Source of the DNA: Bacteriovoracaceae bacterium
GTDB lineage: Bacteria; Bdellovibrionota; Bacteriovoracia; Bacteriovoracales; Bacteriovoracaceae
DNA length: 37,496 nucleotides
NCBI GenBank assembly: GCA_023151145.1
Contig: JAKLJM010000003.1
Coordinates: 1 to 37,496, forward strand
Direction of reading: 5' to 3'
The notes under the pieces are model-generated. The model was given only the letters and a program-made list of their open reading frames with translations. It was not told where the DNA came from and did no database searches. The position numbers and the translations under genes are program-made. Numbering within the stretch: the stretch's first letter is position 1; the number at the start of each line of letters is the position of its first letter. Below, in pieces: positions 1-10,075 of this stretch.

Positions 1-2
1 CA

Positions 3-602
3 AAAATTTTAAATCCAGTTGAAAGAGTGCGTTTTGTTCACGATATGATCGATCAAGAAATGAGCGATTTAAATCAAAATGAAGCAGTTAAAAAATTAAC
101 AGCTTGTCAGAAAGGATGTGCAGCTTGCTGTCACACCCAAGTAAGTGTGACAAAAGATGAAGCTAACTTACTTACTGATCGAATCATGCAAGGGCATCCG
201 ATTAATTGGGATAATTTTCACTTACAGGTCAAGGCCGAAAATAACACCACTGATTTTATGAGTATTAATTATAAAAATCGCTCCTGTATTTTCCTTGATA
301 GTGAAAATGCTTGTAGTGTTTACGAGGATCGACCGAGTGTTTGTCGGACAAACGCTGTGGTTGGAAATGCTGAGCAATGTAAGAATGATGATGGTCAATT
401 TAGAACTCAGCAAATATTGAATACTTACAACGCTGACATGATTATTATGGGTGCTTATATGCATTCCGAAGAGAATGGGGCATTGCCTTCAATGATCTGG
501 AAATCTTTATGTGAGAAAAATAAACAAAATATAATCGAAAAAGAGATCAAGAATCCTGGAACTGTTCTAAAAGAAGTTTTCAAGCCAAAATCACTAGGGT
601 AA
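3..602 (+). CDS. YkgJ-family cysteine-cluster (zinc/iron-chelating) protein, probably 5'-truncated by the window edge
   Basis: CxxGCxxCC, CIFL, CSVYEDRPSVCR motifs; frame is open back to position 3. Confidence 0.85.
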   Translation, partial: KILNPVERVRFVHDMIDQEMSDLNQNEAVKKLTACQKGCAACCHTQVSVTKDEANLLTDRIMQGHPINWDNFHLQVKAENNTTDFMSINYKNRSCIFLDSENACSVYEDRPSVCRTNAVVGNAEQCKNDDGQFRTQQILNTYNADMIIMGAYMHSEENGALPSMIWKSLCEKNKQNIIEKEIKNPGTVLKEVFKPKSLG

Positions 603-611
603 AACCTACGG

Positions 612-1251
612 GTGAATTGCCCAATCTGTCAAAACTCAAGCTCATTTTATCACTCAACTTTTCATTGGAAAAAGCGCGATTTTTATTGCTGTCAATCATG
701 TGATTTCCGTTTTGTTTCTAAGGATACAATGTTGACTGCCGACGAAGAAATGTCTCGCTACGATCAGCATAATAATAGTATAAGCGATTTAACATACCGA
801 TCATATTTGCAAACATTGATTAAGCCCCTAAGTGAGTTGCTTACACAAAGAGCGCCAGGTAGTCATTTAGATTTTGGATCTGGAAAGGCACCTGTTGTGA
901 GCGAACTTTTTAAAGAACAAGGTTGGCAATCTGAATATTATGATTGTTATTTTTATCCATCATTCCTGCATTGAAGTCGTCGAGCACTTTAGAGATGCAT
1001 TACCAAATTGGCAGGAGTTGGTGGATCTAGTGAAAACCAATGGCCTTATTTTAGTGAATACTCAAATTTATCATCCCGAATTAAAACATGATGAGGATGA
1101 GCGAAAGTTTGAGCGTTGGTGGTACAAGAATGATCCTACCCATGTTGGAATCTATTGCGACAAAACCTTAGCGTTACTAGAAGTTAAGTTCGGTTTAGAA
1201 AGGCTGTATTTTGATAATATCAAAACAATTATTTGGAGAAAACGTTCATGA
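612..1251 (+). pseudogene. Class I SAM-dependent methyltransferase with N-terminal Zn finger, split by a frameshift/deletion near 960
   Basis: CPIC..CQSC, YDQHNN, LDFGSG in 612..974; EVVEHF and WWYKNDPTHV in 940..1251, a different frame; the linker between YDxYFYP and EVVEH is short. Confidence 0.75.
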
Positions 1252-1589
1252 AAGTCGTCATGTATGGAATTAAAAATTGTGATACGGTAAAAAAAGCAAT
1301 TGGTCACATTCAGCATATGGGACATGAAATCGAATTTTATGATTATAAAAAAACTTCTCCGACAGAAGAACAAATTGCCCGATGGGCGATTGATTTTGGA
1401 GAGTTACCAGTAAATAAAAAAGGGACTACTTATAAAAAAGTATCTGCAGAATTTGAAGCATTGAAAACAGAGAAAGCAAAAATCAAATTTATGATTGAAA
1501 ATTCATCAATGATCATTCGACCAATTATTGAAGATCACAAAACTCAGAAAATCTTGGCCATAGGGAAAAGTTTTGAATCAATCAAGTAA
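1248..1589 (+). CDS. ArsC/Spx (YffB-like) family protein
   Basis: YGIKNCDTVKKA, NKKGTTY, IIRPII; ATG at 1248 overlaps the upstream stop, with GGAG upstream. Confidence 0.88.
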   Translation: MKVVMYGIKNCDTVKKAIGHIQHMGHEIEFYDYKKTSPTEEQIARWAIDFGELPVNKKGTTYKKVSAEFEALKTEKAKIKFMIENSSMIIRPIIEDHKTQKILAIGKSFESIK

Positions 1590-2379
1590 GGTTAATTTAA
1601 CGGCCTATTTACAGAAAAAAGCTGAGTTGAACAAAGCTGAACAAAGTGTTCCACGGAAACAGTATTGTTTTTCCTGTATGCGACCTACAAAAAATTGTTT
1701 GTGCCGTGATATTCATAGCTTCAAACCTAGAATAAATGTAGTGATTCTTATTCATCCAATGGAAGCTAAAAAAGAAAAATTAGGAACAGGACGTTTAAGT
1801 CATTTATTTTTAGAAAACTCAAAACTCATTCAGGGGATTAATTTTACTCAAAACCAAGAGGTTAATGAGTTAATTGAAAATGAAAATAATGCTTGTTACT
1901 TACTTTATCCAGGTGAGAATGCAGTTAATCTTTCAATCGAGAGCGATGAGGTAAAAAAATCAGTACTGGCAAAGGACTATCAAAGCCAAAAAAATATTTA
2001 TGTCTTTGTCATAGATGGGACATGGCCTTGTGCTAAAAAAATGATGAAGGAATCAAAAAACCTTCATTCTTTAAAAAGAATTAGTTTTAATGTGGAGAAA
2101 AAATCCATTTTTGCCATTAAGGAGCAACCGGGAGATTTTTGTTTGTCGACCATTGAGTCTATTCATTTAATGCTTGGGTTGTTAGAGAAAAATAGCTTGG
2201 AACTTCCAATGATTCATCGAGATTTGATGCTGACAGTTTTTCAGAAAATGATTGATTATCAAATTCAGTGTGCAGCTGATCCGAGCTTGCCAAGCTTTAA
2301 AAGAAGTAAGCGCCCTTATAAAAACACTGAAGAGCGCACTCGATCGAAGAAATGGGAAACTAGAAAAATTATTTTTTAA
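1573..2379 (+). CDS. DTW-domain tRNA-uridine aminocarboxypropyltransferase (TapT-like)
   Basis: CxxC..CLC, HPME, LLYP, IDGTW, LSTIE motifs. Confidence 0.88.
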   Translation: MNQSSKVNLTAYLQKKAELNKAEQSVPRKQYCFSCMRPTKNCLCRDIHSFKPRINVVILIHPMEAKKEKLGTGRLSHLFLENSKLIQGINFTQNQEVNELIENENNACYLLYPGENAVNLSIESDEVKKSVLAKDYQSQKNIYVFVIDGTWPCAKKMMKESKNLHSLKRISFNVEKKSIFAIKEQPGDFCLSTIESIHLMLGLLEKNSLELPMIHRDLMLTVFQKMIDYQIQCAADPSLPSFKRSKRPYKNTEERTRSKKWETRKIIF

Positions 2380-4225
2380 GTTCAGGAAAGTCAGTAAAAA
2401 TTTTGCTCATATCTTGTTCATAAGAATAGGCAAAAAATTCTCTTAAAAATATCTCTTCGTTTGAAAAGTTATAGCTAGGGTGTTTGCTTTTAAAATCTTC
2501 AATAGTTTTTTTATCTAATTTTTTAATATGGTCTTTTAATAATTTTTTAATCTTTGGATGACTGGCAAAAAAAGTGTGTAATCGTTCATGATTTAAAGTA
2601 CTCGTGAAGTTTTTAGTAAACATGTCTTGAGCATCATTTGGATTCATGTTCTTGACACCGTCACCTAGTAACGTAAGTTCGTTAACAACTATTCCATACT
2701 GATTTTTCTCTAGAGATTTCAAAGGAAAATCGGAAACTTGATCCACGTTAAAAAAAGATTTAACAGCTTGAAGACAAACAAGTCCAGGTTTGGATTTTTT
2801 CCATTTTAAATAATCGGAATAGGCTTTTTTAGAAAATGAAATTCCTTTTATAGATAATGAAAACAATGGAAGAGGAAGCTCTTCTGATTTGAAAAGTTTT
2901 TCTTTTACCCCGTAGCAATAGAAGTTTTGGGTAAACTCTTCTTGGTTGTTGATAGCGATGGCTTTAGTGATATTGTCACTGGTGATTTTAGCTTGGTAAA
3001 CATGACTTTGGATAATTCGGCTGTGGGTACTAAAACGATTTTCTATATAACGTTTCCACTGACAGGGATGATTTGAGAATAAATCATTTCCATTGGTGTA
3101 CATGTCTCTTAGCTGAGGAAGTGGGCAAGTTTGATCAAGACGATTAAAGTGAAAGGCTTTAATTAACTCTTCTATATCGGTACTTTTTGGAGTTGGACAT
3201 TTTTCTATTTTTCTAATGTCACACCATCTTTTAAAACATTCTTCACTGTTTTGATCTTTTTCTACGCAAGATTTTAAAACAAAAAACTCCATTCTTTGGA
3301 TCATGTCAGCTCGGCTAGTTGGACGAAAAGCATCAATTTCTGCGCCTAAGACACCTTCTAGATCGATGCTTTGTTTGTTGTTTTTAAGCCAGATGATTTT
3401 TTTTTGATAATCAATTATATACTCATCACCTAAGACTTTAGGGCCGAGATTACCAGCGACTTCTCGATGAGCGAGTGCACCTGATTGACCGGTATACAAA
3501 TAGGCTTCAGTGGAAAACTCTAATGGACCACAGATGGTCTTTTTTAAATTTAAAAAAGAAGGGGCAAACATATTATTTATTTCATAAATTTTTTCAAAGA
3601 ATCGATTTTCTTTCACGAAATGAGTGTGAAAGGTAAGGGGGATTTCGGAGCCGGTATCTAATCTAAGTGGAAAACTTACTTTTGAGTTTGAACAATTAAG
3701 AACAAGTACATCTCTTCCTCGGATCTCAAATGGAAGTTGATATTGAAAACCTTGTGTGGATGCTGGCGAAAAAGTGATGGCGTTTTTAATGAGATCATAT
3801 TTAAGAGGGTATTGTTTTAAAAATGGAGAACCCAAAATACCATCACAACAATCAAGACCATCTTGAACGGTATTAAAGCGTTTATTTTTCATGATATTGG
3901 TAGGCATCTGATTAAAGCTTAAATCATTTATTTTTAAACTTAGCTTCGCACCAAGTGACGTTATTTTTTGATTAAAAGTCGAAACGTCAGTATTTAACGT
4001 GGAGTCCATCTCTAAAGCATTGGCTTTTTTCAATTCTTCAACGACGTCAGGATCAATAAAGTTAACATTTGAACCAGTATCTAATAAAAATTTATAAGGT
4101 TTATCAGAAATTTTAATTTCAACGATAACTAGGCTTGAGATATTGCGTAAAATGGGAAGAGAAGTTTCCGCTTTAAGAGAAAAGGAAAAAAAAGAGAGTA
4201 GAAGAGTTAGTAAACTCATTTTCAT
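2369..4225 (-). CDS. Secreted retropepsin-like aspartyl protease (two DTG lobes) with a long C-terminal region containing HExxH
   Basis: Signal peptide MKMSLLTLLLSFFSFSLKA; FLLDTGS, DGILG, LDTGS, GNLG; C-terminal NHERLH...REFFA. Confidence 0.7.
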   Translation of the reverse strand: MKMSLLTLLLSFFSFSLKAETSLPILRNISSLVIVEIKISDKPYKFLLDTGSNVNFIDPDVVEELKKANALEMDSTLNTDVSTFNQKITSLGAKLSLKINDLSFNQMPTNIMKNKRFNTVQDGLDCCDGILGSPFLKQYPLKYDLIKNAITFSPASTQGFQYQLPFEIRGRDVLVLNCSNSKVSFPLRLDTGSEIPLTFHTHFVKENRFFEKIYEINNMFAPSFLNLKKTICGPLEFSTEAYLYTGQSGALAHREVAGNLGPKVLGDEYIIDYQKKIIWLKNNKQSIDLEGVLGAEIDAFRPTSRADMIQRMEFFVLKSCVEKDQNSEECFKRWCDIRKIEKCPTPKSTDIEELIKAFHFNRLDQTCPLPQLRDMYTNGNDLFSNHPCQWKRYIENRFSTHSRIIQSHVYQAKITSDNITKAIAINNQEEFTQNFYCYGVKEKLFKSEELPLPLFSLSIKGISFSKKAYSDYLKWKKSKPGLVCLQAVKSFFNVDQVSDFPLKSLEKNQYGIVVNELTLLGDGVKNMNPNDAQDMFTKNFTSTLNHERLHTFFASHPKIKKLLKDHIKKLDKKTIEDFKSKHPSYNFSNEEIFLREFFAYSYEQDMSKIFTDFPELKK

Positions 4226-4262
4226 AGAACCGTCCATTGGTTGCAATTGAATTTAAATTATT

Positions 4263-5591
4263 CTACGACCAAGTGATGCTGCTTGCAAGCTCACTATCTG
4301 GAGCCAAGATAAATTTATGTAATCCTAATGAACCAAACATGAAATCTGGTACACGGATACGGTAAAAGATCCCTTTTTCGTGAGTGGCTGTATTGATAAT
4401 ATTGGTTTTTGAGCGAATTACTGAATGGGCCAAGCCGTCTTCGTAGGGAACAAATAAATCAAAAGGTAGTTGTTTTCTTAAAAAGAAATCAACAATGGTT
4501 TTACGTAAGTTTTTAATGTCTTCTGGTTCATTGGCCGAGATGAGAAAACTGTTGGGATGTTTTCTTAAAATAATTTTTTTCTTTATTTCATCGTGGAAAA
4601 GATCTTTCTTGTTAAAGACAATGATCTGATCTTTATCTTGAACACCGAGTTCTGTTAAAACTGATTTTGTTACTTCAAGATGTTTTTCAAAGTGTGGATC
4701 AGAAATATCACAAACAATAACTAAAAGATCAGCTTCTAGCGCTGATTCTAGAGTGGTTTTAAATCCATCGATTAAAGTATTGGGGAGGTTAGAAATAAAA
4801 CCTACAGTGTCAATTAAGATCATTGGAGGTTTGGTGTCTGGATTAAGCATTCGATAAGTTGAGTCGAGAGTGGCGAATAATTTATTTTCTTCTAACACAT
4901 CTACTCGGCACATTCTATTCATGACAGAAGACTTACCTGCATTGGTGTATCCTACCAGTGCCGCAGTTACCGATTGATTGGAACGCTTTTTCTTTCGTTC
5001 ATTTCTTTGAATTTCTAAAGTTTTTAATTCTTCTTTGTAGAATTCAATTTTTTCTCTGATTATTCTTCGGTCGAGCTCAATTTGTTTTTCACCTTCACCA
5101 CCAAGTACACCAACACCACCTCTTTGACGATTTAAGTGGGACCAAAAACCAGCCAGGCGAGGAAGCATGTATTGAAGTCTAGCGATTTCGATTTGTACTT
5201 TTGCTTCACGAGTACGAGCGTGTTTGGCAAAAATTTCTAAAATGACGTGAACACGATCAACAACAGAAAGTCCGGTGATCTCTCTTATGTTTCGAATTTG
5301 GCCAGCCGTTAATTCGAAGTCAAAGACTAACATCTTACTTCCTTCGTCATAGGCAGCATCCGCGATCTCATGAATTTTTCCTGAACCTAAAACAGTTGCA
5401 GGATCAACTTGTTTTCTAATTTGAATATGTTCAGAAGCTGTCTTTACACCAAGAGTGCGCAACAGTTCTTTTAATTCAGACATTGAACGTTTAGATTCTG
5501 ATTCAGTGGAATGTTCTGGAAAGTTTGGACAGACCAGAGAAACCAACGTGGCTTGATAATTTGTATCGATATTAAATTCGTTATCTAACAT
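4263..5591 (-). CDS. hflX: Ribosome-splitting GTPase HflX
   Basis: GYTNAGKS, LFATLD, DTVGF, NKKD; GEKQIELDRR. Confidence 0.96.
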   Translation of the reverse strand: MLDNEFNIDTNYQATLVSLVCPNFPEHSTESESKRSMSELKELLRTLGVKTASEHIQIRKQVDPATVLGSGKIHEIADAAYDEGSKMLVFDFELTAGQIRNIREITGLSVVDRVHVILEIFAKHARTREAKVQIEIARLQYMLPRLAGFWSHLNRQRGGVGVLGGEGEKQIELDRRIIREKIEFYKEELKTLEIQRNERKKKRSNQSVTAALVGYTNAGKSSVMNRMCRVDVLEENKLFATLDSTYRMLNPDTKPPMILIDTVGFISNLPNTLIDGFKTTLESALEADLLVIVCDISDPHFEKHLEVTKSVLTELGVQDKDQIIVFNKKDLFHDEIKKKIILRKHPNSFLISANEPEDIKNLRKTIVDFFLRKQLPFDLFVPYEDGLAHSVIRSKTNIINTATHEKGIFYRIRVPDFMFGSLGLHKFILAPDSELASSITWS

Positions 5592-6483
5592 GTAGTTTAA
5601 CTACCTCATTGTCTAACAGTCTGGTGCCATTGAGCCTCAGAACTCCTAGAATTGCTATTTGGGTTGATTGTTGAGTAACTGGTAAAAGAGAGTCGCCGTC
5701 GAGTATTTCTAAATAGTCATATCGTGTGTCTTGTAGAAAATCAGTTTGAAGACGAGCAGCTTTTTCTAAAGCAATTTCAAGATTAGGCTCTTGAAGAAAA
5801 ATGTTTTTTAAAATGATCAATGAGTGATGTAGTTTAAGCGCTTCTTCTTGATCTTTTTCCGAGAGATATTGATTACGAGAAGAAAGAGCTAGCCCATTGG
5901 CATTTCTTATAATGGGAAAAAAATGAAGTCGAATTCCTAAGTCTAGGTCGTTAACCATTTTTTGGATGACTATGCATTGCTGATAATCTTTTTGTCCAAA
6001 ATAAGCGTTATTAGGTTCTGTGATTTTAAATAATTTATAAACAACAGTGGTCACTCCATCAAAATGAGTTGGACGAAATTTACCACAAAGAATTTGGGTG
6101 ATTGGCCCAACGGAGATAAGTGAACTAAAGCCTGGGTTGTAAATTTCACTATCTGATTGTGGAGCAAAGATTAAGACAGATCGAGAAAGGGATTCATTTT
6201 TATTGCTAAACTCGAAAAATAGTTTAGTGATTTTTGCCACGTCTGCATCGAGGGTTCTTGGGTATTTATGATAATCTTCGTTAGGCCCAAATTGTTTAGG
6301 GTTTACGAAAATAGTCAGGAACGTGACTTCGTTTTCAAGGAGGGATTTTTCTAATAAAGAAATATGACCTTCATGTAAATTTCCCATAGTTGGAACAAGT
6401 CCAATTTTTGCACCTGGAAAATTTTGTAAATGCTCTTGTCTGAATTTTTTAAGTTCACTTTTGGTGTGAATTACTTCAATCAT
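5581..6483 (-). CDS. panC: Pantoate-beta-alanine ligase
   Basis: PTMGNLHEGH, FVNPKQF, RPTHFDGV, FGQKDYQQ, LALSSRN, RLLDN; ATG 6483 overlaps the coaBC stop. Confidence 0.96.
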   Translation of the reverse strand: MIEVIHTKSELKKFRQEHLQNFPGAKIGLVPTMGNLHEGHISLLEKSLLENEVTFLTIFVNPKQFGPNEDYHKYPRTLDADVAKITKLFFEFSNKNESLSRSVLIFAPQSDSEIYNPGFSSLISVGPITQILCGKFRPTHFDGVTTVVYKLFKITEPNNAYFGQKDYQQCIVIQKMVNDLDLGIRLHFFPIIRNANGLALSSRNQYLSEKDQEEALKLHHSLIILKNIFLQEPNLEIALEKAARLQTDFLQDTRYDYLEILDGDSLLPVTQQSTQIAILGVLRLNGTRLLDNEVVKLHVR

Positions 6484-7706
6484 ATTTTTAACCATTCAAG
6501 AATTTTATATCCTAAAAGTTTTTTAGGAATTCTTTGATCCAAGATTAAGTCATCATTTTGTAGGACGCGGTAGTGTGCATGATCACTATTGAATCCTTGA
6601 AGTTCATCTTCTTTTTTTACTAAACCGTTGTTGACTAATGTTCCAACTAAAAGATCTACAGGTTTTTTAGCTTGTTTTGTTTTTAACATTTCTTTGGTGA
6701 GATTTGTTTCTGCCGCAAACCCAACAATCTTTTGTTTGCCATTTGTTTTCTTTTTAAGTTCTAAAACATTTTTTAAAACGTCCGGTGCATTTTTAAGTTT
6801 TAATTCTGTAACACCTGTATCTTTTTTTATTTTTTGATCGAGTGGTTCAATTTCCCAATCACTTAAAGCAGCACTACTGATAAAGATTTTTGCCGAGGCA
6901 AATTCTTTTTGAATAACTTCATCAAACTCATGGACTCGTTTTAAACGAATAAGTTCAAACTGAGGATGTTTGTCGAGTAATTCTAATTGTGAAGTTGCAT
7001 TTATTCCTGCGATCACTTGCACTTTGAAACCTAAACTTAAAAAGCATTGGGCCAATTCAAAGCCTGTCACACCAGAAGAAGAATTCGTTAAATAGCGAAC
7101 AGGATCAATGGGAACGACACTTGCCCCGGTAGAGATGAGAATTTTCTCATTTTTAAAATTTAAAGGATTAATGGTTTCAGTTAAATAAATAATTTCATTA
7201 ACATCTGGTAATTTTCCTTCACCTTCATCGCCACAAGCTAAGAGTCCTGTTTTTGTTTTACTGATAAAAATATTTTTTAAACTTCCAAGTTTAGTCAATT
7301 GTTGGAAATTTTCCTGGATAAAGGGATGATGAAGCATGTTTGTGTTCATGGCCGGAAAAACTAAGAGTGGTTTGGTTTTTGGGTAAGCTAAAAAAACCGA
7401 AGTCAATAGATCACTGGCTTCTCCTCGCACTAAACGAGCCAGGGTGTTGGCCGAAAGTGGGGCAATGATAAATGTATCTGCCCATTTCACTAAATCAACA
7501 TGCAAAACATTGGTATGTAAAAAATCTTCTTCTGGCTGATAAAATTTTTCCACCCCCAAGTAGCCATAGAGCTCTGGAACTAAAAATTTTTTAGCACCAC
7601 TGGTGACAATCACACGAACTGCGTGGCCACGTTTAACTAACTCTCGGGAAAGATCGATGGTCTTATAAGCAGAGATTGATCCGGTGACGGCAAGTAGTAT
7701 ATTCAT
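6480..7706 (-). CDS. coaBC: Bifunctional phosphopantothenoylcysteine decarboxylase/synthetase
   Basis: TGSISAYK, PAMNTNM, LACGDEGEG, IDPVRYLTNSSSG, GFAAET. Confidence 0.96.
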   Translation of the reverse strand: MNILLAVTGSISAYKTIDLSRELVKRGHAVRVIVTSGAKKFLVPELYGYLGVEKFYQPEEDFLHTNVLHVDLVKWADTFIIAPLSANTLARLVRGEASDLLTSVFLAYPKTKPLLVFPAMNTNMLHHPFIQENFQQLTKLGSLKNIFISKTKTGLLACGDEGEGKLPDVNEIIYLTETINPLNFKNEKILISTGASVVPIDPVRYLTNSSSGVTGFELAQCFLSLGFKVQVIAGINATSQLELLDKHPQFELIRLKRVHEFDEVIQKEFASAKIFISSAALSDWEIEPLDQKIKKDTGVTELKLKNAPDVLKNVLELKKKTNGKQKIVGFAAETNLTKEMLKTKQAKKPVDLLVGTLVNNGLVKKEDELQGFNSDHAHYRVLQNDDLILDQRIPKKLLGYKILEWLKI

Positions 7707-7792
7707 AGGGGGGAACTATTTCATTTTTTCCCCTTTTTGGCCATACAACTAAAGTAAGAACTGCGTTAAGTTGCTGTGAACTTTGGGTTGAA

Positions 7793-8026
7793 TTAAGGTA
7801 ATACGATGGAGACTAGAGGTTTGGTTTGCGGAATAAAGCTCATGATGTAGAGGAGACAAAAAAAACCTAAAAATAAAGCCTGTGTCCCAACGATAAACCA
7901 ACCAATGGCACCGATACGAAAATCAACAATTTTTCGAGTATAGTAGTTTCGTAAGCTTTGCTGACGATATTCCATGGCCACTGAATTTTCGTGAATTGCG
8001 CGATCTAAATCTGAATGGAATGCCAT
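7793..8026 (-). CDS. Small membrane protein, hypothetical
   Basis: AAGGA RBS, one C-terminal hydrophobic helix, upstream sigma28-like promoter. Confidence 0.65.
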   Translation of the reverse strand: MAFHSDLDRAIHENSVAMEYRQQSLRNYYTRKIVDFRIGAIGWFIVGTQALFLGFFCLLYIMSFIPQTKPLVSIVLP

Positions 8027-8049
8027 AAATTCATCCTTGGTTAAAGGAC

Positions 8050-8077
8050 TTATCGGATAGTTTTTGGGGTTTCTTTA
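8050..8077 (-). promoter_or_regulatory. sigma28 (FliA)-like promoter
   Basis: Minus strand TAAA-N16-TCCGATAA versus consensus TAAA-N15-GCCGATAA, 23 nt upstream of the ATG at 8026. Confidence 0.55.
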
Positions 8078-8107
8078 AAACGGATATATTGAATTAAGTT
8101 TATGAAA

Positions 8108-9046
8108 TTACGAAGTGAGTCTCTTGTGATTGGCCGATTTTTGTAGACGTTGAGCCTTATTTTGGAAGCGCTGAATGAAGGGACATTTTTGACACATGTC
8201 TTCAACGAGCTCTCCACGCAAAAAGCCATTTAACATGTTTTGAGTTCGCTCTTTTAAATAAATTTCGCTGAAAGATTCTTCTTTGATGTTTCCTAATTTA
8301 ATGACGGCCTCTTTATCTAAACAACAAGGAACGACTGTTCCATCAGCATGGATGCCTAAATGTGATTGTACTCCCTGACAAGTTCCAGTCTCTGAGATCT
8401 TAGGCAATAGAGGTGAAGGCCATGTGAAACGTGAATCAAAGTGCACATATAATCGGCCTTGTACTTTTTTGTTTTTTCTAAAACTAACATCAACATTTTC
8501 CTGAATATCAGTTTGAAAATAGTGATTTATTAACTCAAGTATTTCACGATTATCATCAGTCACATCTAAATTTTCTTTTAATGTCCAGAGGCGATAATTC
8601 ATATAGAGATCGGGTCTTTTTTCCAACGCATGTTCAGAAAAAGACAGGATGTCCATAAGATAGGGAGCTATTGGTTTATCTCTAAAATTGTCTTTGAAAC
8701 TGTGTAGTGAAAAATTAATTTGTCTTACGTTTGGATTTTCTAAAATAAGGCTTTCATATTTAGGAATTAAAATCCCATTTGTGGTAAGATTTAAAAGTAC
8801 GTTGTATTTCTGGGCCAAACTTAAAATTTGAGGAAACTCAGGATGGGCAAGAGGTTCACCCATTAAATGGAGACAAACTTCTTCAGCAAACGGAGCAACT
8901 TTTTGAAGTATTTCCTCAAACGTTAAAGAGGGCATGACTTGTTTATCTCTTTCAACCACAGGACAAAAACTGCACTGTAGGTTGCAGATATTTGAGATTT
9001 CAATGTACACGCGTTTTAATTTATTCATTTCTATGTTATCTAACAC
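8108..9046 (-). CDS. Radical SAM/SPASM domain protein (start may be 9028)
   Basis: CNLQCSFC, MGEPL, GTVVPCCLD, C-terminal CQKC. Confidence 0.92.
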   Translation of the reverse strand: MLDNIEMNKLKRVYIEISNICNLQCSFCPVVERDKQVMPSLTFEEILQKVAPFAEEVCLHLMGEPLAHPEFPQILSLAQKYNVLLNLTTNGILIPKYESLILENPNVRQINFSLHSFKDNFRDKPIAPYLMDILSFSEHALEKRPDLYMNYRLWTLKENLDVTDDNREILELINHYFQTDIQENVDVSFRKNKKVQGRLYVHFDSRFTWPSPLLPKISETGTCQGVQSHLGIHADGTVVPCCLDKEAVIKLGNIKEESFSEIYLKERTQNMLNGFLRGELVEDMCQKCPFIQRFQNKAQRLQKSANHKRLTS

Positions 9047-9061
9047 AAAAGGTAGGTTTCG

Positions 9062-9976
9062 GTGAACAAAAAATTTGTGTATTTTCTGACGAATGTAGCC
9101 TCTAGGGAATGGCTTAAAAATGAACTGGCCATCTTTCGTCCGAAGTTAAAATTTAGTTATTCACGTGGTGGATTTATTACATTTGTTAATGCTGAATCAA
9201 ATGGTCGCCCTGAGGATTTTACTTACTTACCAGTTTTTGCACGTCACCATGGCTATTCTCAGACCAAAGGCACTCGCGAGGAGTGTGTAGAGTTTTACGA
9301 AAAAACTAAATCGAAGTTTCCTTTACTAGACACGACTTCAGCAAAAGTCACTCCGCCTGCTCCCTATTATGAATTAATCGAAGTATCTGAAGATGAGTTT
9401 TTCTTAGGTTTTGTGGATCACAACGAAAGCCGTTTTCCATTGAATGACCCGAAGGTTGAATTGGCAGAAAATGCACCTTCACGAGCTTATTTAAAAATTT
9501 TAGAAGTTGATCGAATCGGGGATTTGAAAATAGGAGCACAAGACACTGTGGTAGAATTTGGTTCTTCTCCCGGTGGTGCGGTATTCGCGCTCTTGGAAAA
9601 AGGAGCGAACGTTTTTGGAGTTGATACCGGAGAGATGGATGACATCTGTTTAAAGCATCCCAAATTTATATGGATTAAAAAAAGTATTCAAGAAACACTA
9701 AGAGAGGATTTCAAAGGAATGAATATTGATTGGGTCATTTCCGATATGAACCTTTCTCCCTTTGCCGTCTTTAGTGAATTGAAAAGTTTTTATGAAAGAA
9801 CTTTGATTAGTCCTAAAAAGGGATTTATTTTAACTCTTAAAATGACCAAACAAGAGATGATTAAAGAGCTGGATAGTTTTGAGGATAAACTTTTTAAAAG
9901 AGGATACCAGACTATTTTGATGAAGCAGCTCCCTTCTCATCATCAAGAGTTTGCCATTGTAGCTATTAAAAGATAG
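9062..9976 (+). CDS. RlmM/FtsJ-like rRNA 2'-O-methyltransferase
   Basis: APSRAYLK, VEFGSSPGG, VISDMN, LTLK. Confidence 0.78.
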   Translation: MNKKFVYFLTNVASREWLKNELAIFRPKLKFSYSRGGFITFVNAESNGRPEDFTYLPVFARHHGYSQTKGTREECVEFYEKTKSKFPLLDTTSAKVTPPAPYYELIEVSEDEFFLGFVDHNESRFPLNDPKVELAENAPSRAYLKILEVDRIGDLKIGAQDTVVEFGSSPGGAVFALLEKGANVFGVDTGEMDDICLKHPKFIWIKKSIQETLREDFKGMNIDWVISDMNLSPFAVFSELKSFYERTLISPKKGFILTLKMTKQEMIKELDSFEDKLFKRGYQTILMKQLPSHHQEFAIVAIKR

Positions 9977-10075
9977 CTGACTATTTTTCATTGGGAATTC
10001 CTATCAATATTTTTTGAAAATACTAATCTCTATTTTAAGCTTTTAAGTTAAAATGTAGGCTCACCAGGAGTTTAC

